Virus record (IMG/VR): IMGVR_UViG_3300030330_000815
Location: 1-56,058 of that record
Length of the DNA stretch: 56,058 nucleotides
Source: a virus
Taxonomy: Duplodnaviria > Caudoviricetes
Direction: 5' to 3' (one strand)
Shown here: positions 55,256-56,058 of the stretch, in pieces
Numbering within the stretch: position 1 is the first letter of the stretch
Layout of the letters: each line of letters starts with the position of its first letter
The notes under the pieces: model-generated
Seen by the model: the letters and a program-made list of their open reading frames with translations, nothing else
What the model was told of the DNA's origin: nothing
Database searches by the model: none
Position numbers and translations under genes: made by a program

Positions 55256-56058
55256 CTATCGGGCGGTTGCTGTTTTAAAAGGGGACTCGGCAAAGGCCAT
55301 ATAAAGATAATCACCACCACTAGCATTCATTGCTGTATTTGTAGTTCTTACCTTAAAACCATTTGAAAGATATGACGCCCTACGGCTACCACTGGGATTA
55401 TCTTCTTCAGCAGCAGAAGTACTAGCAACCAGAACAGCATTTAGGTCATTACCTGCTGTTGGATTATCTCCACTTGAACCAGCATCCGAACCGAAATTGC
55501 CACTGCCCCGTGCCGTGTCGAGAATGGGCCAACTTTCTGTAGAGTCATATCGTTTAATCATCACCCATCTAGGCTTGAAACCAGTGTAGACAAAAGGACC
55601 ATCCGTAGAGCCATTACCTTCGTAGCTTCCAAACTTGCTGAATCCCTCTACTTCTGCAAAACAGTAAGCAATGTAGTTTCTACCAGAGCCATTAACTTGT
55701 GTTTCATCACCAAGAGTAAAGACACTACTTGTTGGTGATGTATCATTCCAACGGTTACTGGCCGTAAAAGCAGCCATGGTGTCGTTCAAATACACAAATT
55801 TCGTTGGTCCCATCGCTTCATGAAAAACGACCCAGCTTTCTGCGACACCCCGGTCTTTCAATATGATCATTTTTACATCAGCGCCAAGCCCGTGACCCAC
55901 TGTTGCGCCAGAGGTCTCATTCCCACTGTAGGAAACAATAGAGAAGCCTGATGTAATATTAGCCGAAACCGTGCTGTTGATGCTGCCATCAGTATTGCTG
56001 CTGCCGCTGCCGTTAGCTTTCCATTGCCATGCGACCATATTTTTACCAGTTTCATTTA
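55256..56058 (-). CDS. Tail fibre / receptor-binding protein, C-terminal part, runs off window end
   Basis: Frame open to window end (NETGKNMVAWQWKA); GFSIV.Y.G, HGLG, Y.AYCFAE..G.SKFGSY.GNG..GF.P, YLYMAFAE.PF. Confidence 0.85.
   Translation of the reverse strand, partial: NETGKNMVAWQWKANGSGSSNTDGSINSTVSANITSGFSIVSYSGNETSGATVGHGLGADVKMIILKDRGVAESWVVFHEAMGPTKFVYLNDTMAAFTASNRWNDTSPTSSVFTLGDETQVNGSGRNYIAYCFAEVEGFSKFGSYEGNGSTDGPFVYTGFKPRWVMIKRYDSTESWPILDTARGSGNFGSDAGSSGDNPTAGNDLNAVLVASTSAAEEDNPSGSRRASYLSNGFKVRTTNTAMNASGGDYLYMAFAESPFKTATAR

Overview
This window is a nearly complete, circularly permuted ~56 kb genome of a lytic podovirus-type tailed phage. The host is most likely an alphaproteobacterium (GcrA-like regulator, RegA/PrrA-type boxes, GTA-type holin). 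Both ends lie inside the same LamG tail-fibre gene. The minus strand carries one long morphogenesis arm: terS and terL, small basic proteins, portal, GroES, scaffold, capsid, fibres and tail, ejection proteins, glycosyltransferases, holins. The plus strand (18.2-34.5 kb) carries early genes, tRNA-Leu and a T7-like replisome (primase-helicase, Tyr-type PolA, SSB, exonuclease, endonuclease I) with a class II RNR. I see no RNA polymerase or integrase. Most unusual: (1) the portal is fused in frame to an intact GH24 lysozyme; (2) a hydrophobic-x-x-G-G motif recurs in at least 7 late proteins, including the portal/lysozyme junction, suggesting a shared processing or head-targeting tag; (3) a non-canonical 125-nt tRNA-like RNA; (4) two self-contained duplicated gene cassettes with covarying hairpins; (5) two long-range inverted repeats (68 bp and 37 bp); (6) a glycosyltransferase-methyltransferase-Maf/DUF115 triple fusion. 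All family calls come from motif recognition by eye, not from database searches.
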